Below are positions 11,049 through 20,710 of a stretch of DNA of 64,000 nt, piece after piece. Each line of letters starts with the position of its first letter. The first letter of the stretch is position 1. The DNA is from an uncultured Verrucomicrobiae bacterium (GTDB lineage: Bacteria > Verrucomicrobiota > Verrucomicrobiia > Chthoniobacterales > JAFAMB01), in contig CAWAIK010000003.1 of NCBI GenBank assembly GCA_963782115.1, positions 224,001-288,000 of the forward strand, read 5' to 3'. The position numbers and the translations under genes were made by a program. Under the pieces are notes generated by a model that did not search any database, was not told the origin of the DNA, and saw only the letters and a program-made list of their open reading frames with translations.

Positions 11049-12011
11049 TTATTGTGGCGCCGGAGTGACAGGTACAGGCTGATTGTACGGATCCCGCGGT
11101 TCCACGGGTCGGCTGTATGGATCCGAGTATTGCTCCTGCTGGTCGCTGTCATCGTCCTGGTTATGCTTTGAATCTATCGTTCTGTGCCCGGTAAATTTTT
11201 CCTGGAACCATCCGCCGACAGTTTGGAACGCATGGGTGGTTTTGTGAACCACGGTCTCGCCGAACTGCACCACCGAGGAACCATATCGGTTTACGCGCTG
11301 AGCAACGGTTTCTCCGGTGTGTGCGTCAGAATCCTCTTCCGAAGAAGCATTCTTCTGATCCTGGTATACGGGCTGGCGGTAGTCCGCCGGAGGGTTGACA
11401 TCTGCGTTCGGAGGAGGCGGTGGTCCGGATAAGGCCTCCGAATCCGATTGTCGCCGCGCCTGTTGACGGACCTCTCGACCTTCCGAAACCCAGTTGCCGG
11501 CGCTGAGTAGTGTCCCGTTGCTCGCCGCAATCCGGACGGTCCCTACCGGGCGTTGCTCATAGTCAAACATCTCTACAATCCAGACCGGCTGCCGGGAAGC
11601 GCCATCCACAGCAAGGCGATAATTCAGACTGTCGAAACCGACTTGATTGCGGCTAGCCTCCTTTTCAGCGGTCCGAAAAGCTCCGTCTGAATCCAGGTTC
11701 AACTTTGTTAGATCAATTGGAGCTGATCCTGGTGCGGGAGGCCGAACCGGAGTCCGCTCAGACGAGATCTGACCGGCTACGATATCCAATTCACGCTGGC
11801 CGCCGCGCGCCGCAGGGTCATCGAGCGTTATACGCCAAGCGACCGGTTGTGGTCTACCCGACTGACCAACGATCGCTGTGACCTGATTCAAAGCCTTTTC
11901 GCCGCGCTGTGCCCCCAGCGCCCGCAACGCCTTATAAGCAGTATCCTGTGCTGAAACGAAACCGGGTGCGAATGCAACCGCCATTAGCAGAACGAACGAC
12001 CAACGCTTCAT
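11049..12011 (-). CDS. Secreted hypothetical protein, PepSY-like repeats plus Pro/Gln/Asp-rich tail
   Basis: Signal peptide ending VSA-Q; two beta-rich units (..W.I.. / ..V.I.A.NG); low-complexity C-terminus. Confidence 0.65.
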   Translation of the reverse strand: MKRWSFVLLMAVAFAPGFVSAQDTAYKALRALGAQRGEKALNQVTAIVGQSGRPQPVAWRITLDDPAARGGQRELDIVAGQISSERTPVRPPAPGSAPIDLTKLNLDSDGAFRTAEKEASRNQVGFDSLNYRLAVDGASRQPVWIVEMFDYEQRPVGTVRIAASNGTLLSAGNWVSEGREVRQQARRQSDSEALSGPPPPPNADVNPPADYRQPVYQDQKNASSEEDSDAHTGETVAQRVNRYGSSVVQFGETVVHKTTHAFQTVGGWFQEKFTGHRTIDSKHNQDDDSDQQEQYSDPYSRPVEPRDPYNQPVPVTPAPQ

Positions 12012-12283
12012 TAAGAGTTTTCCTCTTTCTACGTACGTTTACTGGTTTGTGCAACACAAGAGCTCTGTGAAAAGAAACTTTAGATAATCACCGCGCAGCA
12101 GACGCAGTGGATCGGAACGAAGCGGGCGGCGTTCCCTCGCTAAGAAAACCCTTTGCTTTCTAAACTGGATATTCAATGGCAGGTTTTTCTCCCTGAGCTC
12201 GGGAAACGAAAAGAGGCAACCGGCTGCACGTCTCTTAATGCACTTGAACCGCGTCATGTAAAATAGTCTTCTTAACGTCTGTC

Positions 12284-13654
12284 ATGCCTGTTCCACGCGT
12301 GTTAATTGCCGACGATCAGCCGGAAGTCTTGAAAGCTCTTTCGTTCATTTGTTCGGCGGAAGGTTATCAAACGGTTACGGTCAATTCGCCAGCCGCAGTT
12401 CTGGCAAAACTCGGGAAGGAAGATTTTGACGTCGTTTTGATAGATCTAAACTATCGTCAAGACATCGAGACCGGAAAAGAAGGTCTGGATTTGCTCAAAC
12501 AGATTTCCGCAATCGATTCTTCTTTACCCGTGGTGGTGATGACAGCCTATGCGTCTATCCAACTCGCCGTTGAGGCGGTTCGCCTTGGTGCCAAGGATTT
12601 CCTGCAGAAGCCTTGGGAAAACGAACGACTCCTTTCCATTCTGCGTACCCAATTCGCCTTGCGCGAGGCGCTTCGCGGCAAAGAACGCCTTGAAGCCGAG
12701 AACAGCGCGTTACGATCTTCTCAGGTGCCTTTGGCTGGATTTGTTGCCACCTCTTCCGCGATGCGACAGGTCCGGGAAATGGTTGAACAAGTGGCGCCGT
12801 CGGATGCGAACGTCATGATCACCGGGGAAAATGGCACAGGGAAAGGTGTATTGGCTCGAATGCTGCACCAGTTGTCTTTGCGTTCTGCCCAGCCATTGAT
12901 CACGGTGAATATGGGAGGGCTGCCCGAAGGCGTTTTCGAAAGCGAAATGTTCGGCCACGTGAAAGGCGCGTTCACTGACGCTCGCGTCGATCGTGCGGGC
13001 AGGTTCGAGCTGGCAGATAACGGAACTTTGTTCCTGGATGAAATCGCCAACCTCACCGCGACACAGCAGGCAAAGCTCCTGCGCGTGCTAGAGACGGGAG
13101 AGTTTGAGAGAGTCGGCTCTTCAAAGACACGTTGTGCGGACGTGCGAATCCTGACTGCCACCAACGCGGACCTGCAAAAGGAGATCGAGAGCAGCAGATT
13201 TCGCGAAGACCTTTTCTTTCGGCTTAACACCATCCAGATACATTTGCCGCCTCTTCGGGAACGAAGTGACGATATCCCGTTTTTGGCCGGCGAATTCCTG
13301 GCAGAGTTGAAGCAGCGATACCGCAAACAGATCCATGGATTTCATCCCGATGCGGTCACCGCCCTGAAGGCCTATGCTTGGCCGGGAAATATACGCGAGT
13401 TACGTCACGTGATGGAGCGCGCGGTGCTGCTGACGCGCTCCGAGATGATCCAGGTACCGGATCTTGGCATTCGCGGGACGCCTGCCAAAGCGCCGCAACT
13501 CGAAGAAATGAATCTTGAAGCGGCCGAACTCTTCCTGATCAACCGTGCGCTTGCTCGGCACAACGGAAATGCTCTCCTTGCGGCCAAAGATCTTGGGCTC
13601 AGCCGAAGCGCCTTTTACCGTCGTCTGCAGAAATTTGGCATCAGCGAGCCATAG
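12284..13654 (+). CDS. Sigma-54-dependent response regulator (REC-AAA+-Fis HTH, NtrC/ZraR-like)
   Basis: REC domain (ADD...DLNY), GENGTGKG, GAFTDA, FLDEI, WPGNIREL, C-terminal HTH. Confidence 0.93.
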   Translation: MPVPRVLIADDQPEVLKALSFICSAEGYQTVTVNSPAAVLAKLGKEDFDVVLIDLNYRQDIETGKEGLDLLKQISAIDSSLPVVVMTAYASIQLAVEAVRLGAKDFLQKPWENERLLSILRTQFALREALRGKERLEAENSALRSSQVPLAGFVATSSAMRQVREMVEQVAPSDANVMITGENGTGKGVLARMLHQLSLRSAQPLITVNMGGLPEGVFESEMFGHVKGAFTDARVDRAGRFELADNGTLFLDEIANLTATQQAKLLRVLETGEFERVGSSKTRCADVRILTATNADLQKEIESSRFREDLFFRLNTIQIHLPPLRERSDDIPFLAGEFLAELKQRYRKQIHGFHPDAVTALKAYAWPGNIRELRHVMERAVLLTRSEMIQVPDLGIRGTPAKAPQLEEMNLEAAELFLINRALARHNGNALLAAKDLGLSRSAFYRRLQKFGISEP

Positions 13655-13767
13655 CAGAGTCTCGGCAGGCAGTCGACACGCCGACACGCTTCCCCCCGGG
13701 CTCCGCCAAAAGCACTAGTCGTCGGTGGACTCTTATGCTTTGGTGACTGTTTACCGGTATTCAACCG

Positions 13768-16665
13768 ATGGCTGCTGAGACGATTCGCATAATTGGCGCC
13801 CGCCAACACAATCTTAAGAACGTCAGTGTCGAGTTTCCTCGCGAACGACTGGTCGTTTTCACCGGCATGAGTGGGTCGGGCAAATCTTCGCTCGCGTTCG
13901 ACACTCTCTATGCGGAAGGTCAGCGCCGCTACGTCGAAAGCTTGTCGGCTTACGCGCGGCAGTTCCTTGACCAGATGGAGAAGCCGGACGTCGATTTCAT
14001 TGAAGGGCTTTCGCCGGCAATTGCCATCGAACAAAGGAGTTCCGTCGCCAATCCTCGTTCAACTATTGCGACCACGACAGAAATTTACGACTATCTCCGG
14101 GTTCTGTTTGCCGTCATTGGACAGCCTCATGATCCGGCCACTGGAGAAAGGATTTTCAAGCAAACGCCCCAACAAATTGTCGACCAGATCCTGGCATACC
14201 CGGAAGAAACGCGGATTTTGATCATCGCACCGGTAATCCGGCACGAACCGGGAGAATTCCGGGACGTGCTCGAAAAGATCAAGCGAGAAGGCTTTGTCCG
14301 GGTCCGGATTGATGGAGAAGTTCTGGAACTGGCCCGGCCCGAACCGATCCGCCTGGCTAAGACGCAGCGCCACACAATCGAAATTGTCGTTGACCGTCTT
14401 GTCATCCGTGAGGGTGTCCGCACCCGGCTTGCAGACTCGGTCGATACCGGCCTTATGTGGGGAAAAAACCGGATTATAGTCAGTCGCCAACGCCCGGATG
14501 ATCCCGCTTGGGATGATGTTCCCTACTCGACTCATTTCTGCAATCCGAGGACCGATTTTCTGTTGCCGGAACTGACGCCGAAACATTTCTCTTTTAACAG
14601 TCTGGCCGGCGCCTGTCCCGAATGCCAGGGGTTAGGATCCGAGGGATATTTCGATCCTGACCTCGTCATTCCGGATCAGACCAGATCTCTCAACGGCGGC
14701 GCGATTGCCCCCTGGCGCAAAGCCACCAAGAGAATGCAGGCCTATTACAACGCGCAACTGAAAGCCTTGGCGAGTTTTTCCGGGATCAGCCTCGAAACTC
14801 CCTACGCCGATCTACCCGCCGGTTTCAAGCAAGCGTTCTTGTACGGCACAGGAGATCGAGCGGTCCAATTCATGTTTGGCGAAAAGATCGTCGCGAGACC
14901 GTTCGAAGGCCTCATCGCGCAACTTGAAAATCTCTTTCGACAGACCGAGAGCGAGTTTACCCGGACGCGGCTCAAAGGCTTCCAGGCGCGTCGAAATTGC
15001 AAGCTCTGCCAAGGAGCGCGGCTGCGTCCTGAAATCCTGGCCGTCACTATCCGCGATCTGAAGGACAAAGAACTGAATATTCACGAATTCTGCGCATTGA
15101 CGATTGAAGAAGCGAAAAGCTTTATCGAGAAAATTCTTCTTTCCAAGCACCAGCGGGCGGTAGCGACAGAAGTGCTGAGAGAAATTCGAAACCGCCTCAC
15201 TTTTCTTGTCGAAGTCGGACTCGGTTACCTGACTATGAACCGGGAAAGCGGCACGCTCTCAGGGGGAGAAGCGCAGCGGATCCGCCTCGGGACGCAGATC
15301 GGTTCTGGGCTGGCAGGCGTTCTCTACGTGCTGGACGAACCGAGCATCGGTCTGCACCAACGCGACAACGACCGACTTCTAGCGACTTTGAAACATTTGC
15401 GCGACCTCGGGAACACAGTCGTTGTCGTCGAACACGATGAAGACACCATTCGCGCAGCCGACTTTATCATTGACCTCGGACCAGGCGCAGGCCCGCGAGG
15501 CGGTCAAGTCGTTGCGAGTGGTTCCATTCACGAGATCGAAGGGAATTCTGAATCGCTGACTGGCCAGTATCTCTCTGGCGTCCTGCGTATCCCGGTACCT
15601 CGCGCCAGAGTTTTGCCAAGAGGCCTTCTCTACAACCGCGATCGCATTCCTGAACCGGGCGCAGACGGTTGGCTTACCATCGTCGGAGCCGCGGAAAATA
15701 ATCTCTGTAATCTGACGGTTTCGTTCCCGTTAGGTTGCCTTGTGTGCGTGACCGGCGTCTCCGGGAGCGGCAAATCGACGCTGGTGGATGACATCCTCAG
15801 AAAAACTTTGTTTCGTCACTTTTACAGATCGAAAGAACGTCCCGGAGCGCATCGTTCGATCGAAGGGATCGATCAGGTCGATAAAGCGATCGTGATTGAT
15901 CAAAGTCCCATCGGCCGCACCCCGCGATCAAATGCCGCCACTTATTCCGGCGCATTTGGACCGATCCGCGAACTTTTCAGTCAATTGCCGGCTTCGCGCG
16001 TCCGCGGCTACGACAGCGGACGATTCAGTTTCAACCTGAAAGGAGGCAGATGCGAAAACTGCCAGGGAGACGGCGTCATTAAGATCGAAATGCATTTTTT
16101 GGCGGACGTCTATGTCGAGTGCGAAATTTGCAGAGGCGCACGGTACAATCGCGAAACATTGGAGATTACCTACCGCGGCAAGAATGTCTCGGATATCTTG
16201 AAAATGTCCGTAGATGAAGCGGCCCGGTTTTTCCGGAATGTGCCGGCAATATTTGATAAGCTTGAACCGCTTGTGGCGGTTGGTCTGGGTTATCTCACCC
16301 TTGGGCAATCCGGCACCCAAATCTCCGGGGGCGAAGCGCAACGCGTTAAGCTCGCGGCGGAACTCGCCAAGAAGGCAACTGGAAGAACCGTCTACATTCT
16401 GGATGAACCCACTACCGGTCTGCATTTCGCCGATATTCAGAAGCTTCTCGAGGTGCTCCTAAAGCTGCGCGACCAGGGAAATACGTTGATTGTCATCGAG
16501 CACAATCTCGAGGTGATTAAATCCGCGGATTGGGTCATCGATCTAGGACCGGAAGGAGGACGGGGTGGAGGTCGAGTTATCGCCCAAGGCACCCCCGAGC
16601 AGGTCGTATTGGTGAAAGCCAGTCATACCGGACGCTATTTGAAGCGAGCCCTTACCCCTGAATGA
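13768..16665 (+). CDS. uvrA: Excinuclease ABC subunit A
   Basis: Two ABC domains (GMSGSGKSS, GVSGSGKST, SGGEAQR twice) and zinc-finger Cys pairs. Confidence 0.98.
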   Translation: MAAETIRIIGARQHNLKNVSVEFPRERLVVFTGMSGSGKSSLAFDTLYAEGQRRYVESLSAYARQFLDQMEKPDVDFIEGLSPAIAIEQRSSVANPRSTIATTTEIYDYLRVLFAVIGQPHDPATGERIFKQTPQQIVDQILAYPEETRILIIAPVIRHEPGEFRDVLEKIKREGFVRVRIDGEVLELARPEPIRLAKTQRHTIEIVVDRLVIREGVRTRLADSVDTGLMWGKNRIIVSRQRPDDPAWDDVPYSTHFCNPRTDFLLPELTPKHFSFNSLAGACPECQGLGSEGYFDPDLVIPDQTRSLNGGAIAPWRKATKRMQAYYNAQLKALASFSGISLETPYADLPAGFKQAFLYGTGDRAVQFMFGEKIVARPFEGLIAQLENLFRQTESEFTRTRLKGFQARRNCKLCQGARLRPEILAVTIRDLKDKELNIHEFCALTIEEAKSFIEKILLSKHQRAVATEVLREIRNRLTFLVEVGLGYLTMNRESGTLSGGEAQRIRLGTQIGSGLAGVLYVLDEPSIGLHQRDNDRLLATLKHLRDLGNTVVVVEHDEDTIRAADFIIDLGPGAGPRGGQVVASGSIHEIEGNSESLTGQYLSGVLRIPVPRARVLPRGLLYNRDRIPEPGADGWLTIVGAAENNLCNLTVSFPLGCLVCVTGVSGSGKSTLVDDILRKTLFRHFYRSKERPGAHRSIEGIDQVDKAIVIDQSPIGRTPRSNAATYSGAFGPIRELFSQLPASRVRGYDSGRFSFNLKGGRCENCQGDGVIKIEMHFLADVYVECEICRGARYNRETLEITYRGKNVSDILKMSVDEAARFFRNVPAIFDKLEPLVAVGLGYLTLGQSGTQISGGEAQRVKLAAELAKKATGRTVYILDEPTTGLHFADIQKLLEVLLKLRDQGNTLIVIEHNLEVIKSADWVIDLGPEGGRGGGRVIAQGTPEQVVLVKASHTGRYLKRALTPE

Positions 16666-19100
16666 GACTATTTCTGGCAACCCTGATCACGCTCTGCGTC
16701 GCTTGCAGTTCGGTTCGTGCGGATCTACTCGATGATGCAATCCGGGCGCATCGGGCCGGGATACCAGAAGTGTCCATTACAAAGCTCCGCCAATTTCTGG
16801 CAATCCAGCAGACAGAGCCTCGAGCGGAGACCGCAAGGATACTCCTTGCCCGGTGCCTCGTTGAAACCCAGAAGATGGAAGAAGCAAGGCAAGTTCTGGA
16901 AAATGCCACCGGCCCAGAAGCAACTTTTCTGAAAGCTCAAGAGGCTTTGCGCTCCAGACGTTTCAAAGAAGCCGCTGATTATTTCGCGGAACTCACCGGC
17001 TCAACGAACGAGTTTTCGATCGAAGCTCGATTAGGCCTTGCGGATACTCAGAAGGCAAGAGGTGAATTGGAGGCTGCCCTGAAGACCCTCGACCCCTTGA
17101 TTGCGAATGAAGGATCGGCAGATCCGAGAGCGAAATTAATAGCGGCTGAGATATTTCTAACCCAATCGAATTTTTCCGAAGCAGAAAAACTCATTACGGG
17201 TCTGCAAGCCAACTCTCAAAAATACGAGGTGGAAAAAATATGCCTCGAAGGTGAGCTCGCGTTGAAGCAGGGCAGATTGTCAGAAGCCGCTGCCGCCTTC
17301 GGCAAGGTCCTCGAAAAGCCGGAAGATCGGACTTTCCGCATTGTCGCTGTAGCGCGCCTGGGACTAGCTAAAGTCCTCGTTCAAAAACAGGAGTACGAAG
17401 AGGCGGAAAACGAATTGGAAAGATTGATTTCGGACCAGCCGAGAAGCGCGGTTCTCGGTGATTTGTTCCAAAATCTGTTCGAGATTTATTCCAGGGAGAA
17501 CAATCCGGAGACTTCGGAGCTCGCACGCTGGGCCGCAGAAAATCCGGAGACATCCGGGCCGGATCGCCCCGCCTATGCGCTTTACTATCTCATGCGACTG
17601 CAAATTCAGCAGGGGCTGACAAACGAGGCGGCACAGAACTGCCGGAAGCTCGTCGAACGATTCCCAGATCACCCGAGGACGGTCGATGCCTGTCTGCTTC
17701 TGGGGGAGCAGCAAATTGGAGCTGGCCATTTCGACGACGCGCTCAAGCAACTCGAGAATCTTCTTGAGCGGTCCCATAACCTTCCGCCTGAGGACCGCTT
17801 CCGGCTCAACTATCTCATGGGCGAAGCCAATTATCTGCGCGGTAACGTCTCTGCAGCACGAGACATTTTTTATAGTCTATCCACGAAGTTCGGCTACGAT
17901 CGGCAGGATACTCTATTCAATTGGGCGATATGCAGCTTGCAACTCGGCGAAGCATCCTCTTTTGAACACGGGTTCCGCGAGCTTGAGGAACAGAAACCGA
18001 ATGAAGATCTCATCGCAGAGCTTCTTTTTGACAAAGGCTTGCTGGAGGCAAAATCCGGAGATCCCACAGCGGACGAAACGCTTCGAAGCTTCGTAAAACA
18101 ATTCCCGGACGGCCCGCAAACCGCTCAAGCTCACCTTGTTCAGGCTGAGATTCGCATGACCGGGCGACCGCCCGATTTAAACGGGGCGCGCAAAGCGTTG
18201 AGCGAGGTTGCGGCCAGCCGCGATTCGGAGGTTGACGAGAAAGCGGATCGACTCAAATTCTTCGTGGCGGCGTCTGACCTCTCCCAAAACGCGCGCTCGG
18301 TGCAAGCCCTGGCACAAGATTATCTTCAAAAATATCCAGATTCCCCTGCCAAGGCTGAGGTGCGGCTGAAGCTCGGAGAACTCTATTTCAGGGAAAATGA
18401 TTTTCCGAATGCCCAGACACAGTTCGAACTTGTGAGTGAGGATTCCCCTGATTCGCCGCTCGTGGAGACCGCCCTTTTTCTTGCCGGAGAAGCTGCTCGG
18501 AAGAGCCTTAATTCCGCCTCGGTCGATCGCGCCATCTCGCTCTTCGAAGATGTCTACAAGTTGGGCGGGCCACTTAGATTTCAGGCACGCCTTGAGCAGG
18601 CGACGACCATGCGTCAGACGAAGCACGAAAGAGAAGCGATCGTCTTGCTCGACGATCTGCTGACTCAGAATCCGCCGACGGATATCCGCTACCAGGCCCT
18701 CGATGGAAAAGGCGAATCTTTGTTCACGTTGGCAGCAAATGAGCCAAAGATGTATGAGCAAGCGATCACTACATTTGATACCCTCCTCTCGAGTGAAGGG
18801 TTGTCAACGGAGTGGAAGCAGCAAGCTCTCTATCAGAAAGGGAAATGCTTCGAGAAACTGGGCAAACTGGATGAGGCCTTGTCCGATTACTATGATGTGC
18901 TCGCCGCGGAAGGTGGAAGCGACCAGCTGTGGTTTTTCCGGGCCGGGTTTGACGCGGCGCGGATTCTGGAGGACCGGCGCTCGTGGAGTTCTGCTGCCGC
19001 AATTTACGAGAAATTAGCCAACACCCGCGGTGCCCGCTCTGAAGAAGCGAAAAATCGGCTCACTCGCCTGCGGCTAGAACATTTTCTATGGCCCGAATAG
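16662..19100 (+). CDS. Exported tetratricopeptide-repeat protein (CpoB/BamD-like repeats)
   Basis: N-terminal signal or lipoprotein-like peptide; repeated helix pairs with (F/Y)PDSP-type turns; ATGA overlap with uvrA. Confidence 0.85.
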   Translation: MRLFLATLITLCVACSSVRADLLDDAIRAHRAGIPEVSITKLRQFLAIQQTEPRAETARILLARCLVETQKMEEARQVLENATGPEATFLKAQEALRSRRFKEAADYFAELTGSTNEFSIEARLGLADTQKARGELEAALKTLDPLIANEGSADPRAKLIAAEIFLTQSNFSEAEKLITGLQANSQKYEVEKICLEGELALKQGRLSEAAAAFGKVLEKPEDRTFRIVAVARLGLAKVLVQKQEYEEAENELERLISDQPRSAVLGDLFQNLFEIYSRENNPETSELARWAAENPETSGPDRPAYALYYLMRLQIQQGLTNEAAQNCRKLVERFPDHPRTVDACLLLGEQQIGAGHFDDALKQLENLLERSHNLPPEDRFRLNYLMGEANYLRGNVSAARDIFYSLSTKFGYDRQDTLFNWAICSLQLGEASSFEHGFRELEEQKPNEDLIAELLFDKGLLEAKSGDPTADETLRSFVKQFPDGPQTAQAHLVQAEIRMTGRPPDLNGARKALSEVAASRDSEVDEKADRLKFFVAASDLSQNARSVQALAQDYLQKYPDSPAKAEVRLKLGELYFRENDFPNAQTQFELVSEDSPDSPLVETALFLAGEAARKSLNSASVDRAISLFEDVYKLGGPLRFQARLEQATTMRQTKHEREAIVLLDDLLTQNPPTDIRYQALDGKGESLFTLAANEPKMYEQAITTFDTLLSSEGLSTEWKQQALYQKGKCFEKLGKLDEALSDYYDVLAAEGGSDQLWFFRAGFDAARILEDRRSWSSAAAIYEKLANTRGARSEEAKNRLTRLRLEHFLWPE

Positions 19101-19110
19101 CAGAGAATCG

Positions 19111-19334
19111 GAGTGATGCAGTGATGCAGTGATGGAGTGATGCAGTGATGGAGTGATGCAGTGATGGAGTGATGCAGTGATGCAGTGATGCAGTGATGCA
19201 GTGATGGAGTGATGGAGTGATGCAGTGATGGAGTGATGCAGTGATGGAGTGATGCAGTGATGGAGTGATGCAGTGATGGAGTGATGGAGTGGTGGAGTGA
19301 TGGAGTAATGGAGTAATGGAGTGGTGGAGTGGTG
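19111..19334. repeat. Tandem array of 28 octamers (GAGTGATG/CAGTGATG, ending in GAGTAATG/GAGTGGTG variants)
   Basis: Counted directly: 224 bp = 28 x 8 bp. Confidence 0.98.
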
Positions 19335-19385
19335 GGTGGGGGCGAAGGTTTTTAGGCGAAACGTCCCGAATTTGCTCGGCTGCCG

Positions 19386-19493
19386 AAGAAGCAAAGCGAG
19401 ACGCTTTACTTACAACGGAGAGTAGGTAAGCCGTCCCGGCTTACTTTCCGGGCACCGCGGGCTGAAGAAGTAAGGCAAGACGCTTCGATTACG
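19386..19493. repeat. Cluster of three REP-like palindromes
   Basis: AAAGCG-AGA-CGCTTT-ACTTAC; GTAG-GTAAGCCG-TCC-CGGCTTAC; AAGAAGTAAGGCAAGACGCTTCGATTACG; related copy at 33166-33194. Confidence 0.65.
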
Positions 19494-19591
19494 TTTGGCG
19501 GTCGAGCTGGCGAGCGTGGCGGAAAATTTTTGTGTGGGTCAACCAGAGACTAAAGATGGAAGTGACTAAAAAGGAAGAACAGAGAGAAAGC

Positions 19592-20671
19592 ATGACTAAG
19601 AGAGTCAAGCTTTTCATTCCCGGACCGGTGGAAGTATCGCAAAAAACGTTGGCGGCAATGGCCGGACCGATGATCGGGCACCGGAGCGCTGACTTTAAGG
19701 CACTTTATCGAGAGATCTACCCGGGGCTTCAGCAACTCTTTCAAACGCGGCAACCGGTATTCTTGTCGACCTCATCCGCCTGGGGCATCATGGAGGGTGC
19801 GATCCGGAACCTGGTGAAGGAAAGAGTCCTGAACTGCATGTGCGGGGCCTTTTCCGATAAGTGGTTTGATGTTTCAAAGCGATGCGGCAAACAAGCCGTG
19901 CCTCTCCAGGTAGAATGGGGTAAGCCGATCGATCCGAGTGAAGTGGATGCACAGCTTGCAACGGGCCAGTTTGATGCGGTTACCTTGATCCATAACGAAA
20001 CTTCGACGGGCGTGATGAATCCGCTGAACGAAATCAGCAATGTTCTTCGTAAATACCCCGACGTGATCTTTATTGTCGACACGGTTTCGTCCTTCTCGGC
20101 TCTTTCCATCCCGATGGATGATCTCGGCATTGATCTCATGCTGACCGGCAGCCAGAAAGCGTTGGCCCTGCCACCGGGCCTGTCCCTGTTTGCAGCCTCG
20201 GAATCAGCGTTCGACCGCGCCGCTCAACTCGATGATCGTGGGTACTATTTTGATCTATTTGAATTCAAGAAAAACGCCGAGGAATACATGACGCCGAGCA
20301 CTCCGACTATTCCGCACATCTATGCGTTGCGGTCGCAGCTTGAAGATATTTTCAACGAGGGCCTTGAAAATAGATTTCAGCGCCATATCGAGACCAATCG
20401 CCTCGTTCACGAATGGGTGAATGCCAACGGATTCGAGTTCTTCGCCCAAGAAGGGTATCGATCCGTCACTTTGACCTGCGTCAAAAACAATCGGGAGATT
20501 GATGTGGCAGCATTCACAAAACGAGTCCGGGATGAACACGCATTCCAGATCGACGGCGGTTATGGAAAGATCAAGGGCAAGACATTTCGCATCTCAAACA
20601 TGGGGGATGAAACCGTCGGGACGATGCAATCGCTTCTCGAAGCGCTGACCGCAACCCTTAAAACGCAGTAA
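19592..20671 (+). CDS. Class V PLP aminotransferase (alanine-glyoxylate / serine-pyruvate family)
   Basis: LFIPGP, HNETSTG, DTVSS and GSQKAL motifs; ATG 19592 preferred as start. Confidence 0.92.
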   Translation: MTKRVKLFIPGPVEVSQKTLAAMAGPMIGHRSADFKALYREIYPGLQQLFQTRQPVFLSTSSAWGIMEGAIRNLVKERVLNCMCGAFSDKWFDVSKRCGKQAVPLQVEWGKPIDPSEVDAQLATGQFDAVTLIHNETSTGVMNPLNEISNVLRKYPDVIFIVDTVSSFSALSIPMDDLGIDLMLTGSQKALALPPGLSLFAASESAFDRAAQLDDRGYYFDLFEFKKNAEEYMTPSTPTIPHIYALRSQLEDIFNEGLENRFQRHIETNRLVHEWVNANGFEFFAQEGYRSVTLTCVKNNREIDVAAFTKRVRDEHAFQIDGGYGKIKGKTFRISNMGDETVGTMQSLLEALTATLKTQ

Positions 20672-20710
20672 TTCGCGGCAGTCTGCCGGGCATCCTCTAG
20701 TGTACCCGAT

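Noticed and set aside
13700..13767. LexA box upstream of uvrA
   Set aside because: Best candidate TGTTTACCGGTATT is a poor match to the TGTTC-N4-GAACA box reported for Verrucomicrobia
19111..19334. Possible CRISPR array
   Set aside because: Contiguous 8-bp units with no unique spacers, and no cas genes in the window
19086..19394. His-rich 102-aa ORF (HHSITASL repeats)
   Set aside because: It is the translation of the octamer array and has no RBS or other sign of being a gene
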